Positions 1-12,750 of a stretch of 64,000 bases of DNA are shown in pieces; the stretch's first letter is position 1, and every line of letters starts with the position of its first letter. A program made the position numbers and the translations under genes. The DNA comes from Octopus sinensis (taxonomy: Eukaryota), in the NCBI RefSeq assembly GCF_006345805.1, contig NC_042997.1, forward strand, positions 205,654,001-205,718,000, read 5' to 3'. The notes under the pieces are model-generated. The model was not told the origin of the DNA and did not search any database. It worked only from the letters and a program-made list of their open reading frames with translations.

Positions 1-220
1 GCAGTAACAAGACAACGACATACGTAGGGGAAACGGCATGAAGCATAGGAGAGCGAATAAATAAACATTGGAGAGAACTTAAGGAAGAAAAGAGCTGCCA
101 GCATGCTGAGCAGGAACATGGGGGCTCACTCAACAACATAGAAGTTCTAGCACACACCCCCAACACAATACAACATATGACAGAATAAGATCCGCATAAA
201 CAGTTATAAATATGAACTAA
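1..220 (+). mobile_element. Penelope-like element remnant (GIY-YIG endonuclease C-terminal part)
   Basis: Manual translation gives TTYVGETA*SIGERINKHW...QHAEQEHGG, similar to YIGETSRSIAERLNEH...HHGG at 28588-28842; contains a stop. Confidence 0.6.
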
Positions 221-1479
221 ATATAATACAATACACAGATAAACAAATGAAATTAACTATATACATTAACAAAATAATTTGAATTAAATTATACACAAAA
301 AAAGGATGGAAAAAAAGTAGGTATAAACACATGAACACAAAAAAATAAAAACAAATTAAATGAACGTGTATAAACAGGGGATACGGATAATACAGGCACT
401 TTCTCCCCCACCCCCACATACACTTACTGAACATAGACACACATAGGGGTATACGCATGCGCAAATAAAGACACATACAATAGGAATACAAAATACAAAA
501 TGGCTGACCGTTAGTAAGGAGAGACACACAAATAAGAAAGAAGAAAGCAAAGGACCACTGATGAGGTCACAGAAGTGTGACAAAAGAACTCTGGCTGAAA
601 TACAATTAATATAAAATAAAGCTGAAGTAAATTAACACCAAATATATAGTGCGTGTGTTTTTATTGGCTAAACTGGCAAAATAAGCATCCCCAAATACAA
701 CAATATCTGTTTCAACACATTTCACATCAAGAATCTAGCAAAACAAATATATAAAAGTACTTAAAAAGTTATTTGGAAATCATGAAGAGAAATGAACAAA
801 ATTGAGTCGTCCACATTTTAAAATCGAAAATTAAAAAAAAAATTTCCGAAATACTTTTCCCCATGTCACCCAACCATCACCACTTCCAAAGTTTCACTTT
901 TAGCATCACAGTCAACGCATGCGAAATGGTGAAAAGGGTTTCAAAACTTTGTGTTTATGCCGTAGACTGCAAGGAGATGGCGAGAGTAATTTTCGTTTTT
1001 CAATTGGGAATTTTTTTCAGAATCATAATCTCTGTATTTTGCCTCATATTTTGCAAAAAAAAAAAACAAATTTTGAAAAAAGTCAAAGATGAAGAAATTG
1101 AGGGATGGTGGTGGTGGGGTTATTGATATTTTGAAATGCCTATTTTCGCTGATCTTTTTTCAGATTTCTAATCTCTGTACCCAAAACAGGGGCTTCTGTA
1201 GAAAAAGAAAATAAAGGGAAGTTTTTTGTGGGGTACAAAAGGAAGTCTTGCCAAGATCCCTTCACTCAATCCAATTCTCTCTCATTCTCCCTCTCTTTCA
1301 CATTCCTTTATTATCGTCACTTATTCATTCCTCTATCTAAATTTGTCACAGATTGCCTGACCAAAAACTGTTGGTTAGAGCTCTAGTTAAGAATTTCAAA
1401 TGCCCAATACTATCTCATTATTACCATAATATTCTCTGACACCGGCAGCCTGAGTTTTTGCTGTTTCGTGCTGCACCCG

Positions 1480-2620
1480 CCCTCCCACCACCTCCACCAA
1501 CTGTACCGGAAGTCCCTATCCTCTGACCTCTATCGAATGTCTCTCCCATGAACACTTCTAAGGCTTAATGTTTCCCCCATCCCTACTTAGTGTTCATCTC
1601 CGATGTAAGGTAGTGATCATGTAGCACATAAAAATGATGGTGTGGTGTATGCAGGTTGAAGGTTATTGCACATACATGAGTTCTGCCAAATGCAAGCTTT
1701 CTTTCCAGGTACATGACGCTGCTGTCCCCCATCCCTGTGTCTCTCAGGCCACCCCTCCCATACCCACAGGGTTGGCACATTCAATGTTGGCACACTGAAA
1801 GGAAGGTTTGGTGAGATTGTTGAGATGCTCAAGCAGAGACATGTAGATTTGTGCTGCATCCAAGAAGTAAGGTAGAGAGGAGGTTCTGCTACATTTCTCA
1901 CAGGCAAAGCACACAGGTACAAGATTTTTCTGGGCTGGAAACACTGACAGGTTCGGGGGTATGGGTATAGTTCTTGCAGAGAAATGGGTTGATAAGGTAA
2001 TCAAGGTAGTCAGAGTCTGTGATAGAATACTGAAGATTAGATTAGTGCTGCAACATGGATTAGCAACCATTATCTCAGCTTATGCTCCTCAGTCAGGGCT
2101 ACCTGATGAACAGAAAGACACCCTCTTGCAGACTACCTCGTTGACGAATGACCGGGACCTTCCCTTTATGGCTGGTGATTTCAATGGACATGCTGGACAA
2201 CATGCAGGGGGTTTCCATGGCGTACATGGAGGCTATGGTTTTGGTTTCCACAACGAGGAGGGAACCAGGCTGCTGGAGTTCTGAGATGCAAATGGTTTTA
2301 TGGTTTGCAATACTAACTTCAGGAAACCTGCCAGCCACCTAGTCACCTACCGATCTGGCAGACACACTAGTCAAACTGACTACATCCCAGCCAGGAAACG
2401 AGAAAGATGGCAACTTATAAATGCCAAAACCTTCCTAGGTGAAGAATGTATCCCACAACATAGACTGGTAGTTAATGACTTCAGGATCAGGGCTAAATGG
2501 ATGCCCAGAAGATGATCAGCATGGAGGAGAAGGGTCTGGAAGGTTAAGGATTCTGTAAATGGACAGAGATTTAGAGACGTATTACACAAAGCTTTTGACG
2601 AAATAGAGGGGCATATAGCA
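1480..2620 (+). mobile_element. Degenerate RTE LINE 5' fragment (APE endonuclease)
   Basis: ORFs 1961-2284 and 2300-2515 (SAYAPQ, AGDFNGH, QHRLVV) closely match the RTE APE ORF at 14916-15881; has stops. Confidence 0.9.
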
Positions 2621-3162
2621 TCATTTACTATCGTCACTTATTCATTTATTCAATGTTGTCACATCGTCACTTAGTTCCCTAATTTTGTCACAGATTGGCT
2701 GACCAAAAATTCTAAGATTTTTCAGTTCTATTTCACTATTATCAGCATTTACTGTTTCATTAAATTATATTACCCAAAATCCCAAAAGAATATCTTTCTC
2801 CCTAATGTCTTGTCCTTGACCAGCCTAACTCTGGTCTCTCTCTCTTCCCTGTTTTAATAATCATTTGCTTCTCCAACACTTACCTCCTTTTCCACCTGAG
2901 TTACAGATTTTGATGTATGGGGTACCAAAAGATTCAATACTAATTTGGCTACAAACTAAACTTAATTTCCATTCACATATTTGCATTTAAAAAATTTAAC
3001 ATAATCCTTTCCTTAAATCAACTATCGTAAAAATTTTATACGATGACCTCACATTTCCTGTATGTGTGTGTACCTTAAAAGACATCAATCATCATGACAC
3101 CTTCACTCACTCACTCTGTCTCTCTGTCTTTTTTCTTTCTCTCTCTCTAACACACACATGCA

Positions 3163-3195
<33 letters not shown>

Positions 3196-3239
3196 CCATT
3201 TCATATACACGTACATACATCTTTCACTTTCTCATCTCG

Positions 3240-3430
3240 CATCGTTGAATGTCCACTTCCATGCTGGCATGTGTTGGACGGCTTGACTGAGGGCTTGCGA
3301 GCCAGGAGGCTACACCAAGCCTCAATCTGATCTGGCAAAGTTTCTACAGCTGGATGTCTTTCCTAATGCTAAACACTGTTAGAATGTAGTGGGTGCTTTT
3401 TATGTGCCACCAGCACGAGGGCCAGTCAGG
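3240..3430 (-). mobile_element. RTE 3'-tail/SINE-like fragment
   Basis: Similar to 12077-12260 (ccatgctggcatg...ctggatg.cttcctaa...gtagtgggtgcttttatgtgccacc). Confidence 0.7.
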
Positions 3431-4779
3431 CCCAAAAGAAGCTCCACTGGACAGAGAATGAAATTAGTATTCTACTCAACATCTGGCTTGACCATTCATA
3501 AAAAAGACCAACACACAAGTTATGTTGCTTCTAAAATTGTCTCACTTTTTGACAATCAAACAGTAAAACAAGTGGAATCTAAATTAAAGCATATTTCAAA
3601 ATCCTACCACCTCGTTAAGGAGCATCTTATAATACTCCACTTAATATTCACCAATTCTACTAAATGTAAACAACCTACTGCTATTGACTTGTTAACTGTT
3701 CAACCTACTAATGCCCACATACCAAAATCCAAAATCTGTTCACTCCATGACTACCATGACAAACAATTCCTAATAACCATCACTAGCAACATCACTACCA
3801 TCACGAATACCACTGCCATCACCATCATCATCACCACAAGCAACATCACTGCCATCACCATCGTTACCACCACCATTATTATCGATGCCAACGTCGTCGC
3901 CGTCACCATCGTCATCATCAGCTCCTACTACTGTCTCCACCACCACAACCTTTACCATTACCGTTACAACCCAGCAATAGGATGACTAACATCTCAGCCC
4001 AACCAAGCTCACCAGAAACAACCCTTACCACACCATTCCCAGAACCATTCACCTCTAATTCTTCCGTAAACAAACAATTACCACATATCCCACCCTCACA
4101 AATAAAACAGAACCCAAATATCTGCCATTATTTCTTCCATGAGACGATGTGTTTGTGACAAAACTGTCTGTTCACTCACCTCCCAGGAACTAGATGCATC
4201 CACTATGGAACATCCATGAACAGACAACCACATCACACTCCTCTTACACAAACAAAATGGAATCTCAATAGCTGCCGCTATTCTCTTCACAAGAGAATAT
4301 GTTTGCAACAAAGCTGTTCTTTTACCCACCTACCAGGAACTAGACGCTCCATTAGTAAATAGAGTGGCACTAAGAAAAGTGGTAATACTGTGAGTGCCCC
4401 CCCACCAGCAGGTGAAACCACACTAAACCTTCCCCTTATCCCAACTCCACAAAGTCCAATCACCACAATAACCGTATCATCTACTACGGCAAAAATGGTT
4501 CCTTTCCCCCATATAAACTGGGGAACTAAGAAAACTAAGCTGATAAAACAAATGAAATAATAAAATTATTTGTGACCACATCCAGCAGTGCAACAACTGC
4601 AGTGACTCAAGAAAACCAAGCTTCTTTTTTAGCCATGTTGAATCTGTTGAAAGAAATTCAGAGAAGTGTTCAAGCTCTACTACCAACCCAAAGTGAAAAA
4701 CACCCTTGCTACGGCCACTGAATAGCAACAACAACAGCAAACATGATGAGCAGATCCCGAAGAAACATAACAAAGCTGC

Positions 4780-7700
4780 TGTCTTAATGCCCAAGGTATG
4801 AACCCAGCCATCAAGGCTCAAAAATGGAAAATACTCTACATTGAGGGATGGATTGTAGCACACTCACATCCAAACCCTTTCTTTGTCCTAACGGAGACCC
4901 ACCTAAATGACCGTCATTTAGAGGCTGAATTGAAAATCAAAGATTTCACTGCCATTTGCACTGACAGGACAAGTCGAAGAACGGGTGGGATTGCTGTTTT
5001 CCTCTATTATTCTTTCAGCACAAATGCCAAGGATATTTTCTCTAACGGCTACTGTAAATCAGTCTCTGTACACAAATAGGGTAAAGACCTGTCTGTGGTT
5101 GGGCTCTACAGGCCCCCACAAACACCCTAACACTATTTCCAAAAGTGTCTCGAGAAGATCAAATCTTTCCTCCTGCAATGTAACCCAGGAAATATTCTGA
5201 TGATGGGCGACTTCAACCTATCATCTGTATACTAGTCCACTAATATCGTTAGATCAAGAACCTTCACCTCAAGCTCAGACAAAGCAGCAGTGAAATTACT
5301 TCACAAATTTATGGATAATTTTTTTCCTGTCACAATTTGTCCATGAACCAACCAGAAATAACCAAAGTGTCTTCGAATTAATGCTAAGCAACCATGCTAA
5401 CACTATTCATAACATCATAGTGGAAAGAACCCTCCTCTCTGATCATGACATAGTACTCTGTAACCTCAATCTTCATAAATCTTGGCATAAGTCACTAACT
5501 CCAGTGCACCCATTTGATAATATGAATATACAGAAATCAAACTGGAGTGTGATCACAAGGCTTATCGCAAGTGGATTGGTCCTTCAACCTTGCTTCCTTC
5601 AATACCACAACAAACACAAACGCATGGCCACTATTTGAGGACATAGTCACCCACATATGCTCAAAACACACACCCACAACTCATAAATAACAGCAGATGC
5701 AGAATTCCAAAACAGAGAAAAGCACTCACCAGGAGAATAAAAAGAATAAACCAAAAAATCAATACTCTAAAATCCCACCATTAGCAGCAGCCCCAATCGA
5801 GAATGTTAACAACCTTGGAATCAAGGAAGCAACAACTGCAGGACTGTATGAGATCCTCATAAATGACCAAAGGTCTGCAGAGGAAACCTCAGCTATTAAA
5901 AACATCAAGAATAATCCTAAGGTTTTTTTTATTCCTTTGCAAAAACACATAGGACCACTGTTTCCTCTATTGGCCCACTGATTGACGGAAATGGCATCCT
6001 TCACAGTGATGCCAAAGACATGGCTGAGATTCTGCAAAGTCATTACTGCTCTGTTTTCAGTGACCCTGATTCGGTTGACTCAAGAAGCTTTGCTTCTTTG
6101 AATCCTCAACATGTCCTTTCCGACATAACTTTTGATGCTACTGACATCCTAGCAACAATAAAAGACATCAAACCTGATTCAGCAGTGGGTCCGGACAGGT
6201 TCCCTGCTAGAGTGCTGAAGGAATGCAGATAGCAGCTTACAGCTCCTCTTGCAAATCTCTGGAAGAAATTACTTGATGCCGGTTTTATCCCTCAAAACCT
6301 TCTCTCCCAGTCAGTCATTCCTATCTTTAAAAAGGGGAATAAATGACTCCCTGTAAACTACCATCTAATCTCACTCACCCCACATATTATCAAAATATTT
6401 GAGAGAGTGCTGAGATCAAGAATAACAACCTTCCTAGAACAAAATCATCTCCTAAACTGCAACCATTATGGCTTTTGTGGTGAGAGGGACTATCTAACAC
6501 AGCTCCTCCACCACTTTGATGACATCTTAAATGCACTAAGTGAGGGCTCCAATGCTGATGTCACATACCTTGATTTCAGTAAGGCCTTTGATAGAGTCAA
6601 CCACAATATACTGTTAAAAAAACTATCCAACGCTGGAGTTGTTGGAAAGTTACTTCAATGGATCGGGTATTTCCTAACAAACAGGATCCAGCATGTTGTT
6701 GTTGATAGCATCCACTCAAGACCAGCAAAAGTCACCAGTGGAGTTCAGCAGGGTACTGTGCTGGATCCACTTCTTTTTATTGTCTATATCAATGACATTG
6801 CAGATTCCATTGAACATAGCACCATAAAAATATTTGCAGATGACTCTAAGCTCCAGAAAGTCATTAAGGGAGCATATGATCGAACAATGCTTCAATCGGA
6901 CCTATGCGCAGTAACTCAGTGGGCACAAAAAACAATATGCAGTTAAATGAAGAAAAATTTGAGCTAATCCACTTTGGAAAAGAGGGTACACTCAAACAAC
7001 CATATACACTACCGTCGGGAGACCTACTTGAACCGTCAGATAATATCAGAGACTTAGGTGTAGCTGTTGACAGCAACCTTAGCTGGGGAGTGCACATCAA
7101 CAAAAAAGTCGATGTTGCCCACAGAATGTGCCCATGGATCCTCAGAACTTTTCAATCTAAGGATCATGAAACCACCATCCTTCTCTTCTCCACATTTTCT
7201 AGGCCCCACCTCGAATACTGCTGCCCACTGTGGTCTCCCTACAAAAAACAAGACATAATGAGGATCAAAGAAGCACAAAGATCAATCACAAAAAAATAAA
7301 TGGTATGATGGAATTGATTATTGGGCTCAACTTATACAGCTGAAACTCTATTCTCTGCAATGCCACCATGAGCGATACATTATTTGCACCATGTGGAAAA
7401 TATTCCACCAATATCCAAGCCGCCTTGACTGGCTTCCGTGCCGGTGGCACGTAAAACGCACCAATCCGACCATGGCCATTTCCAGCCTCGCCTGGCACCT
7501 GTGCAGGTGGCATGTAAAAAGCACCCACTACACTCACGGAGTGGTTGGCGTTAGGAAGGGCATCCAGCTGTAGAAACATTGCCAGATAAGACTGGAGCCT
7601 GGTGCAGCCTTCTGGCTTCCCAGATCCCCGGTTGAACCGTCCAACCCATGCTAGCATGGAAAGCGGACGTTAAACGATGATGATGATCCAAATGATATCA

Positions 7701-8045
7701 GTATTATGTTTATAATTCACCCAAGACTAGGCCCCCCTACAAAGGTTGAGATCACATCACATAAGAACATTGCGACACAATTTCTTCACTGCAAATGGTC
7801 CTGCTCTTTTCAATGTTATCCCAAAAGAAATTAAAATAGGAAAAGAGCCCAAAACTTTCAAACGGTACCTGGACAAATTCCTCCAGGAAATACAACTGGG
7901 TATGTCTCAACCAGCAACAACTCTCTGCTTGAGCGGTCCATGGTGTCTTGAAATAATTAACTAAAAGACTTTTCCAAGTGGTGTTATTGAGTTAGTCATG
8001 GCTTGGGCTGATAATGGCTGAAACCAATCCAAGTTATCCAAGCTG
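4780..8045 (+). mobile_element. Degenerate CR1/L2-group LINE (APE + RT) with many stops and frameshifts; ORF1 remnants probably lie upstream
   Basis: Motifs LTETHL, MGDFN, SDHD, YLDFSKAFDRV, SGVQQGTVLDP, FADD, RPHLEYC across ORFs 4798-7964. Confidence 0.9.
7419..7685 (+). mobile_element. 5'-truncated RTE tail/SINE inserted into the LINE, with TSD ATCCAA
   Basis: Ends in (GAT)n; ATCCAA at 7413-7418 and 7686-7691; homologous to the RTE 3' end at 12061-12260. Confidence 0.85.
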
Positions 8046-8290
8046 ACCAAAGCCTTGTAAGTGGATTTCATACATGGAAACTGAAAGAAGCCTGTTGTAT
8101 GTGTTTGTACCCCAACCATTGCTTGACAATTGATGTTGCTGTGTTTAAGTTCCCATAGCTTAGTGGTTCAGCAAAAGATACTGATAGAATAAGGCTTACA
8201 AAGAATAAATCCTGTGGTCGATTTGTTCAACCAAAAGCGGTGCTCCAGCATGGACAGAGTCACATGACTGAAAAAAGTAAAACAATAAAA
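8045..8290 (+). mobile_element. SINE 3' portion
   Basis: gaccaaagccttgt...ggaaactgaaagaagcc body and gcggtgctccagcatgg 3' end followed by an A-rich tail. Confidence 0.6.
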
Positions 8291-8782
8291 AAAATTATGC
8301 CATTTTAATACTGAGCAAGGCTGGGTATCTCTGCTAGTTGTATTATAAAATAAACTCCTACAATGGACAGGGTTTTGAATATTCTGTAGTTTGGTGACGA
8401 ATTGTTACTTAAAGAATAAGAAAATATTATTCATGGAATTGTAATTGCTTTCCAGACTCCATGTTATGTCCAAACATCAGCTTAAATCTTCATTATTTTC
8501 AAAACTGATTAAAACCAAAAGAAGAACATTTCTGGCTTTGAGTAAATTCCAGTGAATTACTGGTATGTCAACAGTGCTTTACTTCAATGCTATATATACT
8601 GTCCTACAGAGTATATCTGCAGATGTGTACCCAACACTGTGGGTATAGATAAAAGGAGAAAGAAGAAAAGGAACTGGTCCAGCCAAACAATCTTTTTCTG
8701 TCCCCAACACATATTGTATACAGAATGTGTATATATGACGCTCAGTTTATATACAAGCTGCTTACTATACATACAGAATATA

Positions 8783-10019
8783 CAGGGGTTGGACAAAATA
8801 ATAGAAACACCTTAGCATCATAGCATCATAATTTTGAAATATCTATAAAACTGTCAAGAGCTTGTTTATTTTTATGTTTTTTTTATTTATAATTAGTGTT
8901 GCTTATCATCAGAAAAAGTTAATTAAAATTCGTTAAAATGACAGATCTATCGGACTTTCAAAGAGGTAAAAATTGCTGGTACTCGTATGACAGGCATTAG
9001 CATAATGAAAACAGCCGAAATGTTTGGTGCATCAAGAAGTATTGTCTTGAAAGTAATGACAGTGTTTGAGAAAGAGGGAAAAAGCTCCTTGTCGAAACAA
9101 AACTCCAGAAGGAAACCAAAACTTTCAGATAGGGACCATTGGACTCTCACACGAATTGTTAGAAAGGATCACAAAAGTACAGCTCCCAGAATTACTGCAG
9201 AGCTTACCTCGAGAACCCAGTTTCCTCAAAAACTTTTTTCCATGAGCTGTACAAAGCTGGATTTTACAGAAGGGCTGCAATCAGAAAACTACTACTTTAA
9301 AAAACAAAAGTTGCAAAGCATTTAGAGTAGAGTAAAAACCTACAGAATTGGTCCCTAGAGCAGTGGAAGAATGTAATTTTCTTGGACGAGTCATCCTTTG
9401 CCTACTTCCAAACACCAGCTGAGTATACGTGTGGAGACAGCCAAAAGAAGCATTTGACTGACTGCCTTCTTCTAGCTGTTAAACATGGAGGAGGATCTGT
9501 GATGTTCGGAGGTGGGGAGGCTATATCTTGGAAATCCGCCAGCCCAATGGTTTCCCTTCATGGCAGAATTAATAGTCAAGACTATTTAAGTATTTTATCC
9601 AATCAAATTCATCCTATGGCTGCGGAACAGATTCCGGAGGGAAACACAATCTTTCAGGATGATAATGCACCAATTCACACAGCTAAAGTTGATACTGAAT
9701 GGCACAAGGAACATTCTAATGAAGATGAACATCTTATCTGGCCACCACAGTCCCCCGGATCTCAATATTATTGAACATTTATGGTGCATTTTAGAAAAAC
9801 AATTAAGGAGTCAATATCTTCCACCATCATCACTCCAAGAATTGGAGACTGTTTTAGCTGAAGAATGGACAAACATTCCTTTGGAAACAATTCAAACTTT
9901 GTACAAGTCCATACCTCATAGAATTTAAGTCGAAATTACTACCAATAGCAGTACTACATCATATTAAAATAAATTTATTTGAAATTTTATGGTGTTTCCA
10001 TCATTTTGTCCTACTCCTG
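8783..10019 (+). mobile_element. Tc1-family DNA transposon (DD34E-type), frameshifted transposase
   Basis: Imperfect TIRs caggggttggacaaaataatagaaacacc / ggtgtttccatcattttgtcctactcctg with TA on both sides; motifs DES, KHGGGSVM, FQDDNAPIH, SPDLNIIEHLW. Confidence 0.92.
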
Positions 10020-10098
10020 TAGTATACACAAACAACGCATTTACATTAGTCTATATATACACATGGTATATACAGACAGGATGTTAACATTAGTCCGT

Positions 10099-10139
<41 letters not shown>

Positions 10140-10141
<2 letters not shown>

Positions 10142-12040
10142 CCAAAGAGACAGCCACAGTGCACCAGAGAAAAGGACCTCTCTTCCAAAAAGATGGCTCC
10201 CTCACAGGAAATCCCACGAGGATAAGTGAAATACTGAACGAACAGTTCCAAAGTGTGTTCACTACACCTCTAGGACACAGGCAAGTAAACAACCCAGAAG
10301 AATTCTTTGCCACTTTACCAGCGGCCAAAGAGGCAAAAATTGAGTACATCAACATCGAAGATGATGATATCACACTTGCCATTGATGAGATTGACACAAA
10401 CTCAGCTGCTGGACCTGATGGATTTCCAGCGATCCTTCTCAAATTGTGCAAACGAGCCCTTACAAAAACCGCTACAGCTTCTTTTTCAGAGCTTTTTTGC
10501 AAGTAGTAAGCTCCCAGTCAAATTGAAAGAGGGGGTAATATGCCCTATCCATAAGGGAGGAAGCAGAGCAGATGCTAAAAATTATAGGCCTATCTTTCTG
10601 ACCTCACACATCAGCAAAGTCATGGAACGAATAGTCCGCAAGAAACTAATCATGTTCCTTGAAGAAAATGACTTGCTGACTCGCACCCAGCATGGATTTC
10701 TACCAGGTAGAAGCTGCCTAACACAGCTCCTGCAACACTATAACTGGGTGTTAAAACAGCTACTAAATGGCTCAAATGTGGATGTGATATATCTCGACTT
10801 TGCAAAAGCCTTTGATAAAGTCAACCACGGTATGATTTGTCACAAACTGCATGGTCTTGGCATAGGCGGAAAACTTGGAGAGTGGCTGCACAACTTCCTA
10901 AAAGATAGAAGGCAGGCAGTTGTGACCAATTGAACCACCTCCAAGGAAACACAAATAACAAGCGGTGTTCCACAGGGCACTGTCTTGGGGGCCACTGCTG
11001 TTCATATTGGCCCTTTCAGACATGCTCTCAGTTGCTAAGATGGCCACCCTTGCTAGCTATGCAGATGACACAAAAGTCTCTCACACAATACAAAACCCTG
11101 GAAATGTTGCACATCTGCAACAGGAGTTGGATACAATATACAGGTGGGCTGAGGACAACAACATGCAGTTTAATGCAGGTAAGTTCCAGGCCCTGCGCTA
11201 CCGGCACACAAAGGTAAATGACATGCAGACTGGATACACTGGCCCGGGAAGAATTGCAATCCCTGAGTCAAAATCAGTGCGTGACCTGGGCATTGACATG
11301 AGCAATGATGCATCTTTCCAAGTGCATATTACTAATCTGGTGATAAAATGCAGACTGCTAGTTGGATGGATTCTCCGAACTTTCAGAACAAGAGAGGAGA
11401 CACTGATGGTCCCGTGGAAAACTTTCGCCCTCAGCCGCTTGGACTACTGCTCCCAACTATGGTCACCACACAATATAAAACTAACAGCAGAACTCGAAGC
11501 AATTCAAAGAAGCTACACAAAGAAGATCGTCTCAATGCAACATATCAGCTACTGGGAAAGACTGAAAGTATTAAACCTCTTCTCCCTAGAGCGAAGGTGG
11601 GAGAGATATGCGGTGATATACATCTGGAAAATCCTGGAGGGTCTTGTCCCAAACTTTGGCATTCAAAGTTACCCCAACCGCAGAACGGGGCGCCACTGCA
11701 TGGTACCAAAGATTCCAACATCACCATCAAAATACAGGACCAGATACTGTAACAGCTTGGGTTTCAGAGGACCACAGCTCTTTAACATCCTTCCTAAATG
11801 CCCGAGAGACTTGCATGGTGTAGATGTGGGTTTCTTTAAAACTAAACTGGATCTCTTCATGTTGGGGGTCCCAGATGAACCTACCTCACAACAGGAGACA
11901 CAGATGCGGGCAGCGGCATCAAACTCCCTTGTTGACCAAATGCCACGTATCAGAGGTGGATTCACATATTAGTGTAGCTCATTCAGCAGTGGTGCCCCAG
12001 CATGGCCGCAGCCTTCGGGCTAAAACATTTTTAAGGATTT
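10140..12040 (+). mobile_element. 5'-truncated CR1-group LINE (RT), frameshifted
   Basis: AAGPDG, NYRPI, YLDFAKAFDKV, YADD, RLDYCSQLWSP; flanked by (TA)n. Confidence 0.92.
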
Positions 12041-12227
12041 TATATATATATATATATATATCATCATCATCATCAATTAACGTCCGCTTTCCATGCTAGC
12101 ATGGGTTGGACGGTTCAACTGGGGTCTGGGGAGCCCGAAAGCTGCACCAGTCCAGTCAGATCTGGCAGTGTTTCTACAGCTGGATGCCCTTCCTAACGCC
12201 AACCACTCCGAGAGTGTAGTGGGTGAT

Positions 12228-12480
12228 TTTATGTGCCACCGACACAGGTGCCAGACGAGGCTGGCAAACGGCCACGCTCGGATGGTGTTTTTTATGTGCC
12301 ACCGACACAGGTGCCAGACGAGGCTGGCAGACGGCCACGCTCGGATGGTGTTTTTTATGTGCCACCGACACAGGTGCCAGACGAGGCTGGCAGACGGCCA
12401 CGCTCGGATGGTGTTTTTATGTGCCACCGACATAGGTGCCAGACGAGGCTGGCAGACGGCCACGCTCGGATGGTGTTTTT
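12228..12480. repeat. Four tandem ~63-bp repeats in the RTE 3' UTR
   Basis: atgtgccaccgaca...ctcggatggtgttttt starts at 12231, 12294, 12357 and 12419. Confidence 0.9.
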
Positions 12481-12750
12481 ATGAGGCTGGCAAACGGCCA
12501 CGATCGGATGGTGCTTGTTACGTGCCCACAGCACGGAGGCCAGTCGATGCGGTACTGGCTACGGCCACGTTCGGATGGTTTTCTTGTGTGCCACAGGCAC
12601 TGGTACCACAAAGATACAAATTCCATTGATGTTCATCTATTTTGATTGATTTTCACTTGCCTCAGCAGGTCTTCACAAGTGTCACAAGAAGGAAGGTATG
12701 CACAGGTGGATCGACTACGTCCCAGGTAGGGGCCACGGGATATGGCCTGA

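Noticed and set aside
3389-3985. 198-aa ORF
   Set aside because: Starts in a SINE and runs through (CAT/CAC)n low-complexity sequence; no recognisable domain
8310-8338. Helitron-like 3' end (hairpin + CTAGT)
   Set aside because: Hairpin is degenerate and no matching 5' end or Rep/helicase was found
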